Below, piece by piece: positions 1-9,956 of a stretch of DNA of 64,000 nt. The stretch comes from a virus. Its lineage: Duplodnaviria > Caudoviricetes. The stretch is from positions 3,219 through 67,218 of the IMG/VR virus record IMGVR_UViG_3300037400_001757; one strand, written 5' to 3'. Position numbers and translations under genes: made by a program. The first letter of the stretch is position 1. Every line of letters starts with the position of its first letter. Below the pieces are notes generated by a model. The model worked only from the letters and a program-made list of their open reading frames with translations, made no database searches and was not told the DNA's origin.

Positions 1-748
1 CTTTGCCCATTATAGAATCTATTATTTTTCTATAACCATCAGCTTGATATAATTCCATAGCTAATAATATTGAACATACAATCCAAGCAGCATTTACTGT
101 CCAGTTACAAATGAATACTGAATGATATATTTTTAATGGGTCTATCTTACCTACTTGCCATTCCCATTCCCAATATTTTAAAGTTGCTTTTACAAAGTAA
201 TCTGCAAAGAATTTCTTTACTATTATCCAAGGTTTATACCAATTTTCTTTTATACATTTTAATAGATCTAATGTAGCTTGCCATCTATCTTTAACATATT
301 GGTAAGCACCTTCTTTAATTTTAGCATCAACTTTAATAGCATATATTTCTATTAATGTCATATAGATACTACATACTGTAGATATGATAGTAAATCTATT
401 TAACCATATAGCAGCTTGGCTTTGACCATTAGGAGTAAACTTATTTAATTGTTTAACTATAGTTATAGTTCTCCAAGAAGCAGCTATACCTAATGCTAAT
501 AACACTATGTTTTCTAATGTGTCTCTATCTATGTGTAATGTATCTAATAGATTTTGATATACATCTTGAGGTTTAGTTAATATATCATTTAGATTAAGTT
601 TAGATATAAACTTTTTAAATCTAATGATAAAGTTATCTGCACTATCTTCACCTATCTTAGTAGGTATATATCTTAGATGTTGCTTAAAGCTTAATAGCTT
701 AGCTTCTAATTCTTGAGGTTGCATATTAGAAAATTTCTGTAATGACAT
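1..748 (-). CDS. Hypothetical protein, partial (runs off window start); hydrophobic/Trp-rich segments
   Basis: Hand translation from ATG at 748 (MSLQKFSNMQPQELEAK...) is open to position 1; absent from the ORF track, presumably because no stop codon lies in the window. Confidence 0.7.
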   Translation of the reverse strand, partial: MSLQKFSNMQPQELEAKLLSFKQHLRYIPTKIGEDSADNFIIRFKKFISKLNLNDILTKPQDVYQNLLDTLHIDRDTLENIVLLALGIAASWRTITIVKQLNKFTPNGQSQAAIWLNRFTIISTVCSIYMTLIEIYAIKVDAKIKEGAYQYVKDRWQATLDLLKCIKENWYKPWIIVKKFFADYFVKATLKYWEWEWQVGKIDPLKIYHSVFICNWTVNAAWIVCSILLAMELYQADGYRKIIDSIMGK

Positions 749-765
749 GATATTATAGTTCCTTC

Positions 766-1821
766 TTAATTGAAAGTATAGATATCTTTTAATAGATATT
801 CCATTAGATATTCATAAGCATTCTTATTATATATCTTCATAGTGCTATTAAGATAACTGTTAGGTAAATAAGTTGCACATATATAAGCACAAAATCTAGG
901 ATAATTTTCTAATGCCATTACACCATAATTACCTAATAATTTAAACCATTGTATCTTCATTTCACTTTCGCTAATTTCTAATAAGTCTAATCTTCTAGCT
1001 AATGTAGATAACTTTTCAAAAGAATTATAATTATCCTTATCCCAGATATCTCTATTATCACTAATAGCTTTACTTATAGAAACTAGGTATTCATTTAGAT
1101 AAGCATTGCCACCTATAGATGAGCAATATCCTAAGAATTGTCTTAAATTAGCTACTGACTTATTATCAGGTACATATATACCATAAGCTAAACTACAACT
1201 TAAGAAGAATAAGAATTCTTTCTTCTTTCTTTCACTTACAAGTAAACCACTCTTTCTACCAAATGAAGATAACATCATACTATAATAGACTATACCAATA
1301 TTAGCTATTACTTCAGTATTTAACTTATTATATAACTTAGCATTATTTAATAATGTATAAGCATAAAGTAAGCTTGATAAAAAGACATTAGCATTACTAG
1401 GCACTACACTAATAGAACCAGTAGATTCTAATTGGCCTACATTATATAATACACATTTAGCATTACTATATACTAGATTATCTACATTAGTTTCAAAGCC
1501 TTTAGTATAACTAGCGAAAGAATAATAATCAGGATTATTAGCTAATATTAATAATTTTTCTCCACTCTTAGTTAATCTTTCTAATTTCTTTAAATCAATA
1601 GTTCTACTATCTTTTAAACATTTAGATAAACTATTAGTAGTATTATCTATAGTTTTAAGTATCTTATTAAATATACCTTTTAGTATAGGATGACTTACCT
1701 TTTCTTGAACTATTACATCTAATATATGAGATAGAGTTCTATAATCATCTATATTAATAATATAAGAAAAAGGAGTATCTTCTATACTTAATGGAATCTT
1801 AGAATATGTAAATGTATCCAT
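766..1821 (-). CDS. Hypothetical protein (351 aa)
   Basis: Long ORF in a co-directional block, AGGAG RBS upstream; no motif recognised. Confidence 0.8.
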   Translation of the reverse strand: MDTFTYSKIPLSIEDTPFSYIINIDDYRTLSHILDVIVQEKVSHPILKGIFNKILKTIDNTTNSLSKCLKDSRTIDLKKLERLTKSGEKLLILANNPDYYSFASYTKGFETNVDNLVYSNAKCVLYNVGQLESTGSISVVPSNANVFLSSLLYAYTLLNNAKLYNKLNTEVIANIGIVYYSMMLSSFGRKSGLLVSERKKKEFLFFLSCSLAYGIYVPDNKSVANLRQFLGYCSSIGGNAYLNEYLVSISKAISDNRDIWDKDNYNSFEKLSTLARRLDLLEISESEMKIQWFKLLGNYGVMALENYPRFCAYICATYLPNSYLNSTMKIYNKNAYEYLMEYLLKDIYTFN

Positions 1822-1839
1822 GTTTAATTAATTACTCCT

Positions 1840-2307
1840 TTAAGCGAATTTAATGTCTTTAATAATATTTCTATCTGGGTATAACCTTTGATTACTAATA
1901 GCTAATTCCTTAATACAACTAGTAGTAGGAACTTTGACATAATCAAATTTAAAATCTAATACACTACTAGCATCATTTATATACATCAATAGATATGTAA
2001 ATAGTTGACTGCCATACATATCATAAGATAAGTAATTAGGTCTATAAGTCCATCTAGGTTGAAATTCTTTTATAACGGATTGACTTAATATAAAAGCTCT
2101 ATTAGTATCTAAGAATTCATTATTAAAATCTAAGAAAACTATAGTACTAGGTTTAATAGTAGAATTGGCATATTCAACATAAGCAGTAATTCTAAATAGA
2201 TCTCTATAATTATCACTATTTAAATTAGACTTATATTGTCTAGCACTATCTACTGATATATTCATATTAGGGTTAGAAGAATTACTCATCTTTGATAATT
2301 CCTCCAT
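1840..2307 (-). CDS. Baseplate wedge protein, T4 gp53-like / LysM-like
   Basis: YRPNYLSYDMYGSQLFTYLLMYIND resembles the gp53/LysM-type YRPDxxSYxxYG...N motif; located among virion genes. Confidence 0.55.
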   Translation of the reverse strand: MEELSKMSNSSNPNMNISVDSARQYKSNLNSDNYRDLFRITAYVEYANSTIKPSTIVFLDFNNEFLDTNRAFILSQSVIKEFQPRWTYRPNYLSYDMYGSQLFTYLLMYINDASSVLDFKFDYVKVPTTSCIKELAISNQRLYPDRNIIKDIKFA

Positions 2308-2866
2308 TAGTTATAGTCTTCCAATTATTAGCTTCATTATCAAAAGCATTATTCTTATCATCCATCAATTCACTACACTTATCTACTAGTTCAGGTATTA
2401 CTTCATAACCAGGTGTAGTTAATAGATAATTCCATTCACCTGTTATAAACTTAGGTGGTATTACTGCAAAACCATTATGATACTTTTCATGCCATGTAGT
2501 ACATAATGGTATAAAACCAATCTTATTATTATAATGTAGTGTCATGACATCATTAACGACATTCATACTAGTAAACTTCATATTATTCTTGATATATGTA
2601 GATACTATAATATTAGTGATATCAAATATAGTTAATGGGTGATGATGTATTTCAACAGTAACTTCATCAGATGTTTCACCTGTAATTAGACATGTCTTAT
2701 AACCTAACATATCTTTGACATATCTTACCCAATCCTTATATTCAGGTGTCTGCCTAGCTAATCTTACACAGTTCTTAATGAACATATCTTTTTCTTTTTC
2801 AGTTTCAAAACCGTTTCTAGGCATTTCTAAAGTATAGCTGCCATAATTCAAAGTATTATATGCCAT
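2282..2866 (-). CDS. HNH-like (His-Me finger) protein
   Basis: CLITG...EIHHHP...PLCTTWHEKYH pattern. Confidence 0.5.
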   Translation of the reverse strand: MAYNTLNYGSYTLEMPRNGFETEKEKDMFIKNCVRLARQTPEYKDWVRYVKDMLGYKTCLITGETSDEVTVEIHHHPLTIFDITNIIVSTYIKNNMKFTSMNVVNDVMTLHYNNKIGFIPLCTTWHEKYHNGFAVIPPKFITGEWNYLLTTPGYEVIPELVDKCSELMDDKNNAFDNEANNWKTITNGGIIKDE

Positions 2867-2874
2867 GATATTAA

Positions 2875-3780
2875 TTATCCTCTCTTTCCAAACATATTCT
2901 TAAAAGCAAAAGATGTAGGTGCTCTTTTAGAGAATAATGAAGTATTACGTTGTTTAGCTTTATCTATCTGTTCAGGTAAGACATTAAGAGTATTCTTATA
3001 TATCATATCATATGTGATAATACTAGCAAATTTAATATCATCTTGATCCCAACAATAGATTCTCTTATTAAGACTATCATCTACATATAATGTACTGAAT
3101 TGAGATCTTTTAAGATTACCTACACTTAAAGGAACATCTTCTTTCTTTGAATATTCAAATGTTTCCTTATTAATATCATTAGTAGATAAGATACATATTC
3201 TTTCTACGTTTTCACTAAATAATACTTTTTCAGTATATACCATTCTAGGATCTTCTTTACCACCAAACATCTTTTTATAGATATCAACTAATTTCCATAC
3301 ATTCTTATCAGATAATAATTGTCTAGCTTTTCTATATATCCAATATCTAGAACTATCAAGATTCTTTTCAAATATTTCTAAAGCATCTTTACTTACCAAT
3401 GATAATCCTTTAAAACCAAAAGTAAAGTCTTGAACAACTTTACTAGTGGTAGTTACTCTTATAGTGATAAAATAAGGTTGGTCATTTAATAACTTATTAG
3501 ACTCTACATTATCTATTATCTGAGTACCATAGCTACCAACATCTTCTTGTAACATAGGCCTATCTTCATTAAGATGTAATCTTAAAGTTGGCTGTAAATC
3601 ATAATTCATTAATTTAGTAGTAGTGCTTTCAATATGCATCTTATCTAGTTTAGATCTAATATCTTTTTCTATTAAAGATGAATAATCTAAAGCTACTCTT
3701 CTTTCTACAGCCTTAATAAGATAAGGTAACATTTCCTTATCTACAGTTTCGCTTATCAATACAGGAAATGTAATAACCAT
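2875..3780 (-). CDS. Hypothetical protein (301 aa), possibly virion-associated
   Basis: ORF with GGGAG RBS; no motif recognised. Confidence 0.75.
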   Translation of the reverse strand: MVITFPVLISETVDKEMLPYLIKAVERRVALDYSSLIEKDIRSKLDKMHIESTTTKLMNYDLQPTLRLHLNEDRPMLQEDVGSYGTQIIDNVESNKLLNDQPYFITIRVTTTSKVVQDFTFGFKGLSLVSKDALEIFEKNLDSSRYWIYRKARQLLSDKNVWKLVDIYKKMFGGKEDPRMVYTEKVLFSENVERICILSTNDINKETFEYSKKEDVPLSVGNLKRSQFSTLYVDDSLNKRIYCWDQDDIKFASIITYDMIYKNTLNVLPEQIDKAKQRNTSLFSKRAPTSFAFKNMFGKRG

Positions 3781-3818
3781 GGTAAACTCCCTAGTAGATT
3801 CTTGTTAATACTTATAAA

Positions 3819-4760
3819 TTAGAATAATATTGTTAGATTGTTATCGTTAGTAGTTTGTTGGGTATTATTAGAGGTATTACTTTCTTGAGGCAACTTTAAT
3901 TCAGTTTCATTATTAGATTTATCTTTACCTATATTGATAGCTTGTTGACAATCTACATAGTTTTCATTTCTCTTACATATAGATTCATATAAACAGAAAT
4001 TACAATTATGTTTTTCTGGATCTGGTAACACATGGTTTCTTAAGCAATAATCATATCGTTGAATCCTATTAATAATATTAGGAAACTCATTCTTTCTAGT
4101 TTCATCAGTAATAGCTTCTCTTCTTCTAGTAATAGTATTCATACTACTATTAAGATATATAACTTCTATAAATTTGATACATTCCTTTTTCATCATTTCT
4201 TCATAAGCTAAAGCATATAACTTAACTTGATTAATATGAAAATCATCAGGTGTATCTGTAAACTTACAATCTAATATAACATCTTCATTATATGATAATC
4301 CATCTATTACTATATTAAATGGATACTGTAAATTATAAGAAACAGGATTCCAATTTAATCTTATTCCATTTCTCCACTTAGTACCATCACATTGATTATA
4401 CATAGATAATAATAATTTTTCTACTACTTCACCCATACAAGCTTTAATAGTAGAATATGGATATTGTGCAATTCTATTACCATCATAAGGAGCGCCTTGT
4501 CTTAAATAATACATTTGTCTAGGACAACTTAATACTTCATAAGCATTATATTGCCTATAGGTTCTTTTGGTTTTAGTATTATTCCTTTGATAATTAACTA
4601 GCCATTCTTTTAATTTATCACTATCAAAACCTTCTTCTGGTATACTATTACTTAATGTAGGATTAATATTATTAGATACTAATGGTATATTATCTTTAGT
4701 TAAAGTTTCTGTTAATAATGATAATGCTATTGAATATGGATTGTATTTCTGAGTAGGCAT
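3819..4760 (-). CDS. Cas4-like / RecB-family PD-(D/E)xK nuclease with 4-Cys Fe-S motif
   Basis: SCPRQMYY (Cys1), IDGL...ILDCKF catalytic core, QVKLYALAY, CNFCLYESIC (Cys2-4). Confidence 0.8.
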   Translation of the reverse strand: MPTQKYNPYSIALSLLTETLTKDNIPLVSNNINPTLSNSIPEEGFDSDKLKEWLVNYQRNNTKTKRTYRQYNAYEVLSCPRQMYYLRQGAPYDGNRIAQYPYSTIKACMGEVVEKLLLSMYNQCDGTKWRNGIRLNWNPVSYNLQYPFNIVIDGLSYNEDVILDCKFTDTPDDFHINQVKLYALAYEEMMKKECIKFIEVIYLNSSMNTITRRREAITDETRKNEFPNIINRIQRYDYCLRNHVLPDPEKHNCNFCLYESICKRNENYVDCQQAINIGKDKSNNETELKLPQESNTSNNTQQTTNDNNLTILF

Positions 4761-4765
4761 AAGAT

Positions 4766-4793
4766 GATTCCTTTCATTTAAAATATGATTATA
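4766..4793 (-). promoter_or_regulatory. Putative -10/short-leader/RBS element shared with 21861..21888
   Basis: TATAATCATATTTTAAATGAAAGGAATC vs TATAATCATATTTAGAATGAAAGGAATC (26/28 identical), each just upstream of a start codon. Confidence 0.55.
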
Positions 4794-4800
4794 GACAAAA

Positions 4801-4834
4801 AATGGGTCCAGGTATATTTCAACCCAGACCCATT
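4801..4834 (-). terminator. Putative intrinsic terminator
   Basis: AATGGGTC...GACCCATT hairpin followed by a T-run on the minus strand. Confidence 0.55.
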
Positions 4835-4893
4835 ATATCAAAGAGGTAAAACGAAATATGACAAAATACACGAACGAGGTAGGATTATTCTTT

Positions 4894-5475
4894 TTAATAT
4901 ACTATGCCTGATTTAGACATATTCTTTGGACCTTGTCCACCTACACCAGCACTTAATGCCATCATGAATTGCTGTAATGTAGCTTTACTTCTCATATCAG
5001 CTTCTTGTCCATTTAATGTATATATAAGTTCCTTTAGTATATAAATCAATTTAAATTTTGTATCTATATAATTGACACCTATTAATACAGGTTGCCCTTT
5101 AGTGAATGTTATTAATATTCTTTGACTATCTTTAGTAATTTCAGGAAACATTCCTTTTAATTCATTTTCAGAAAATATTGTTTCTAGATCTTTAAAATCA
5201 TTTATCTCATCTTTACCATATAATAATGTTTCTAGTATTAATCTTATTTGGTCAGGTCTTACGATTACTTGTTGTTTAGTTTCTTTTACATAACCAATTA
5301 CTTGGCAACCAAAAACATTATATTTAGGTTCAAATAATCTTTCTATTAATATATAATCTAACCTTTCAGGATTAACAGCTATTACTTTATCACTATTAGG
5401 TAAATTAATAGTAGGCTTATTATATATAGATGATTCATTATTTAGGGTATCAATGTTTCCTATTTCAATAGACAT
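4894..5475 (-). CDS. Hypothetical protein (193 aa)
   Basis: ORF with GAAAGGAAC RBS. Confidence 0.75.
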   Translation of the reverse strand: MSIEIGNIDTLNNESSIYNKPTINLPNSDKVIAVNPERLDYILIERLFEPKYNVFGCQVIGYVKETKQQVIVRPDQIRLILETLLYGKDEINDFKDLETIFSENELKGMFPEITKDSQRILITFTKGQPVLIGVNYIDTKFKLIYILKELIYTLNGQEADMRSKATLQQFMMALSAGVGGQGPKNMSKSGIVY

Positions 5476-5530
5476 AATTAAAATTGGTTCCTTTCAAATA
5501 TAGTTTAATAATATTATTGTCTTATATATT

Positions 5531-5593
5531 AAAAGGAGAGGAGTACCCCCTAATAATCTATACTTTAGGTTTGAAATAGGTAACCCTCTCCTC
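5531..5593 (-). terminator. Putative intrinsic terminator
   Basis: GGAGAGG...CCCTA / TAGGG...CCTCTCC imperfect GC-rich hairpin, then TTTT on the minus strand, after the 228-aa gene. Confidence 0.55.
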
Positions 5594-5608
5594 ACTTGCA
5601 TATTATGA

Positions 5609-6295
5609 TTAGAAGTAGATATACCAAAGAACAATAAGTTCTCTATCTGCATCTATTCTAATAGTAGATGTAGTTACTCTAGCCAACATCTTAAATACAT
5701 TAGCTTGTAATGGATCATTAGTATTACTTAACCATAATGCCATTTCATTAAGATCTACACCAATAGCATCTTGATATAATATTGTTGTAGTTACTTTAGC
5801 AATTAGATATCTATTTTCATTTTCAGTATCTTGCTCAAATGTAATAGAATCAAATGGTTTCTTTCTACCACCATCTGTATATAATGGATTAGTACTATCT
5901 ATAATAGCTTCATTATTTAGTTGAGTATTATCAGTAGATGGAGCTATAGGAACTAATGGAGAAACAGGATCTGCACCGCCACTACCAATACTAAGCCATC
6001 TTACTCTTAAATCTTTTTCACCACTATCAGCTACTCTATTTTTATCAAATAATATCTGAGGTATTATTTCTCTACCTTGCCAAACGATAAGATTATTTTT
6101 ACCAGTACCACCAAATTCACAAGGTTTATCTTTTACAAGATATTCACCAGTTTTCTTATCTATAATTTGAACGAAGCCTTTTCTAGGTTTTAAAGTTTCA
6201 GGTATCTTTTCAGATACAGATACCTTATCTTTAACGTTCTTAATTTCATTATCAGCTATTGCTAATACAATAGGTTTCTTTTTAAATTCAGTCAT
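5609..6295 (-). CDS. Baseplate / tail-collar fibre-like structural protein
   Basis: KNNLIVWQGRE...WLSIGSGG...LNEMALW...MLARVT...IVLWYIYF pattern typical of tail-collar/baseplate proteins; directly follows a wedge gene. Confidence 0.5.
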   Translation of the reverse strand: MTEFKKKPIVLAIADNEIKNVKDKVSVSEKIPETLKPRKGFVQIIDKKTGEYLVKDKPCEFGGTGKNNLIVWQGREIIPQILFDKNRVADSGEKDLRVRWLSIGSGGADPVSPLVPIAPSTDNTQLNNEAIIDSTNPLYTDGGRKKPFDSITFEQDTENENRYLIAKVTTTILYQDAIGVDLNEMALWLSNTNDPLQANVFKMLARVTTSTIRIDADRELIVLWYIYF

Positions 6296-6357
6296 TATAT
6301 TAAATTCCTCCTGAAAGAATATTATTCCTAAATTAAAGATTAAATTTTTTCATAACC

Positions 6358-9144
6358 CTAAATATCACCAACTACAACTATATTACCATCAGTTCTCATA
6401 GATGATACTAAAGTGACATTACCTTGGTATGTATAATTCATTGCCATTTGAACTTCGTCACCTTCAGTATCTCTAACACTGGCAATATATTCTTTGACTC
6501 TACTATCTAAACCATTTAGATATGGATTCAATGTTAATCTATACATATTAGATTCTTCATCATATACCCAGTCATTAATAGAATCAAATGTCTTACTTAC
6601 TTCTGCAGCTACTATTAATATAGTGCCTTTGAAATTTAATGAAGATGTTAATGTAATAATATTGCCATTGAAATTAACTAATGTATCTACTACTTCTTTT
6701 TGATTATTTAATACACTTAAGACATAATTCTTATTAGGTTCAATGCTTGGATAATTATTAACATCAACAGTATACTTATACATATTAGTATCTTCATCTA
6801 ATATCCATAAAGCAGGATCAATAAGTATTTTAGTATCTATTTGCTTTAAGACTAAAGAACCACTAAATCTAGATTTAGATTTCATAGTAATAGTATTATC
6901 AGTATATAATGTAAGTACTCTAACTAATGAATCTTGTAAGTCTCTTACGCTAGCTAATACATCACCAATTCTTCTATCATCAATTTGGTCATAAGTGATA
7001 TAATAATCATCACCATCATATTTCCAAGTCATAGTATCAAATCTAATACCACTATTATTAATAATGATTCTTACATGGTCATCAATAAGAATATACTTAT
7101 CAACATTAAACTTAAAGATAGGAGATCTAGTCTTATCATTAATATTATATAGTTCTTCAATCTTATGACATATTCTACTAAATTCCCAGTTATCTTTAAA
7201 TGGCAATCTTTCTTCGACATATCTACTATATAGATAACCATAATAATCATCTTTGACTATTTCATTATCATGATATTTAAAGACTATATCTCTAATATTA
7301 AAACTATCTTTTAAAGATAATTCTTCAGCAAACCTATTCTTAATAATTTTAGATTCTTCATCTCTAATGATAGCACCACTATACCACGGGTTTTCATCAG
7401 GATCAGGTAACTGATTAAATCTTATTCTATCTTGCTTAATATTAAGAATAGGCTTAATAGATACCTTATCTCTATATAGAGTATACCATTCTACGAATAA
7501 TTGTTTGATATTAATCTTCAATATCTTATCTTCTATTTCCAATGTAGGTTCTATTATTCTTTGAACGAACAGTAAATCTACAAAGTCATAGTACATATCT
7601 GGGTATCCTCTACCTATATTATCTTTAAACTTTTGATATATTTTGATTTTAATCTTATCAGCTATGTCATTATAATATTCATAAAGCTTTTCTAATACTT
7701 CTATTCTTAAGTGTTCATCTGTAGCAAAACAATCACCAGGTAAATCACTTATTATCATATAAGACATAGCATCTAATAATCTTGTATGTATAGGCTTGAA
7801 GAAATCAAAGACTTTTCTTATCTTATCTCTATATTCTTTTAATGGGTCAAATAACATGAACAATGAAGTATATGCTGTTAGACCTGTATCATGACTTATA
7901 TAATAATCAAACATAGTTAATAGTTCTATTAATAAGTCATAACCTTGATTACTAGATAACATAGTATTACATAGGTTATATATGGTAGGTGATATATCTT
8001 GTAATATCTGTTTACATTCTTCATAGGTCCAACAAGTGATAGGATTCAAAGTCTGCCATTTGACTTTAGCCTCCTCCAGTAATTGTTTCTTTTCTTTTGT
8101 AGAATAGGATCTCCTATAAGTTCTATTAAATTCAGTAACGAATTGAACTTCATCATATAGTTTTTCAGTACTGCCATTAAATTGTGGCACCCTTTCGGTA
8201 ATACCATCTCTTGGTTCAATATTAGTTCTGTTATAATAAGTATTATATGTATAACCTATCGCTAGATATAATTCTAATAAGCTAATATTTTCACTAGTTA
8301 TATAGAAATAATATTTTTGATAGTTTCTAAGATTGAAATTAGGATTAGTTAAATAATCATTATAAGTATCATTACATATTCTATCTGCATAGGCATTAAC
8401 GTACTTAGAATTCTTTACCCAATCGTTAGCAGATACTAGACCTACATAAGGGCTAAGAGAAGGCATACTTAAATCACCAGATTGTTCTGCTTCTCTGATT
8501 TCTTCTTCAGTCATATACCAATGTGGATCACCGTCAACTACAGCTGAATAAGGTTTTACTGGAGGTGGATCTAAAGCTAATGTGCCTGTGTTGTAACTTA
8601 AATCTTCTACAGCTACAGGTGTAAATCTTAATTGATTATCTGAATAGTCTAAGTCTAACCAATATTCATATAATGTAAAATTATTGATGTCTAACATTGA
8701 CATCATTTTAGACATGGCTAGATGAGTACCTTTCTGTGCCCATATATCAGATAACTCAGTACATAATGTCTTTTGATGTATGTCACTATGTTCATTGTAT
8801 AGTTCATAACCTAAAGATCTTAATAAGTATCCTTTATCTATAAAGTCAATGTCAGATACTTTCTTTTCTTGTACACATAATGTATTAAATGAAGCATACC
8901 AATAGATTAGAAATCTTCTTAATCTTAGATAGTCATTAGTCTTATAGACAGGTTGGTCTACTACTTCTTTAAAATAAGTTTCAACTTTAGTTTTAACTTC
9001 TACTAATAATGATGATATTTCATTAGGGTATTTAAGAACTAGTGTTCTTTTACCTTCGTCATCACTATCATCGTAAGCTTTATACCAATCTATATATTCT
9101 ATTACTTTGGTAATAGTCTTATCTATTTGATTATTATCTGACAT
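6358..9144 (-). CDS. Large baseplate wedge protein (P2 gpI / T4 gp7-like) with two C-terminal repeat modules
   Basis: SDIWAQKGTHLAM (KGT motif of gpI/gp7-type proteins); baseplate context. Confidence 0.5.
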   Translation of the reverse strand: MSDNNQIDKTITKVIEYIDWYKAYDDSDDEGKRTLVLKYPNEISSLLVEVKTKVETYFKEVVDQPVYKTNDYLRLRRFLIYWYASFNTLCVQEKKVSDIDFIDKGYLLRSLGYELYNEHSDIHQKTLCTELSDIWAQKGTHLAMSKMMSMLDINNFTLYEYWLDLDYSDNQLRFTPVAVEDLSYNTGTLALDPPPVKPYSAVVDGDPHWYMTEEEIREAEQSGDLSMPSLSPYVGLVSANDWVKNSKYVNAYADRICNDTYNDYLTNPNFNLRNYQKYYFYITSENISLLELYLAIGYTYNTYYNRTNIEPRDGITERVPQFNGSTEKLYDEVQFVTEFNRTYRRSYSTKEKKQLLEEAKVKWQTLNPITCWTYEECKQILQDISPTIYNLCNTMLSSNQGYDLLIELLTMFDYYISHDTGLTAYTSLFMLFDPLKEYRDKIRKVFDFFKPIHTRLLDAMSYMIISDLPGDCFATDEHLRIEVLEKLYEYYNDIADKIKIKIYQKFKDNIGRGYPDMYYDFVDLLFVQRIIEPTLEIEDKILKINIKQLFVEWYTLYRDKVSIKPILNIKQDRIRFNQLPDPDENPWYSGAIIRDEESKIIKNRFAEELSLKDSFNIRDIVFKYHDNEIVKDDYYGYLYSRYVEERLPFKDNWEFSRICHKIEELYNINDKTRSPIFKFNVDKYILIDDHVRIIINNSGIRFDTMTWKYDGDDYYITYDQIDDRRIGDVLASVRDLQDSLVRVLTLYTDNTITMKSKSRFSGSLVLKQIDTKILIDPALWILDEDTNMYKYTVDVNNYPSIEPNKNYVLSVLNNQKEVVDTLVNFNGNIITLTSSLNFKGTILIVAAEVSKTFDSINDWVYDEESNMYRLTLNPYLNGLDSRVKEYIASVRDTEGDEVQMAMNYTYQGNVTLVSSMRTDGNIVVVGDI

Positions 9145-9899
9145 TATTCATTCTCCCAATAATCAGCTGGGTATACAGCATCATCTCTATTAATCTTAGT
9201 AACAGATATTTTTACTAATACTAAATAAGCATATAATATACAAGTTAGATTATATGGTACATTCTTATCTAATCCTTGTAACTTTTTAATTATAGCCATG
9301 ATGATATCATATTTAACGAAATCATCTTCTAGGTTATAATGCAGATAAAACAATTCTATTATTATTAATTGAGATAATATCGGGAATGTATCAAATAGAT
9401 CTACATAGTTTTCTTTAAAGTCATTTTCTTCTAATGGTAAATCATGAATAGAATTATCTGTTTGATAAGTATACTTTTTACTATCTCTTAATATACCTAC
9501 CATATAGATATCTTTTTCATTATCTAAAAATAATTCAGTACCTTGTTTAGTTAAATACTTTAAGCCATTAGTTCTTAAGTATTTATCATATTTAAACTTA
9601 ACTTGAGTAGGACTAAATTCTAATCTACATCTTTTTACATTAAGTATGTAATGGTCTACACTATTACATTTAGAATTTAAATCATCTGTAAATAATATTT
9701 TAAAAAGATTACTATCACAGAATAATTGGTCAAAGAATTTAGTACTTTGCGATTCTGGATCATAAGTGGTCATACCTTGATATTCACATACATTAGATAT
9801 AAACTCACTTAATCTATTATCACTATTAATACCTTTAGAGAAGAAGAAATTCATATCAAGATAAGCATCTATTACATTAGTTTCTAATATACCTGACAT
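9144..9899 (-). CDS. Hypothetical protein (251 aa)
   Basis: ORF overlapping the next start codon (translational coupling), AGGAG RBS. Confidence 0.75.
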   Translation of the reverse strand: MSGILETNVIDAYLDMNFFFSKGINSDNRLSEFISNVCEYQGMTTYDPESQSTKFFDQLFCDSNLFKILFTDDLNSKCNSVDHYILNVKRCRLEFSPTQVKFKYDKYLRTNGLKYLTKQGTELFLDNEKDIYMVGILRDSKKYTYQTDNSIHDLPLEENDFKENYVDLFDTFPILSQLIIIELFYLHYNLEDDFVKYDIIMAIIKKLQGLDKNVPYNLTCILYAYLVLVKISVTKINRDDAVYPADYWENE

Positions 9900-9956
9900 G
9901 ATTATTCTTCTCCTTTGATATTATTATATATAACCATAAGTAATGGAATCAATTCT

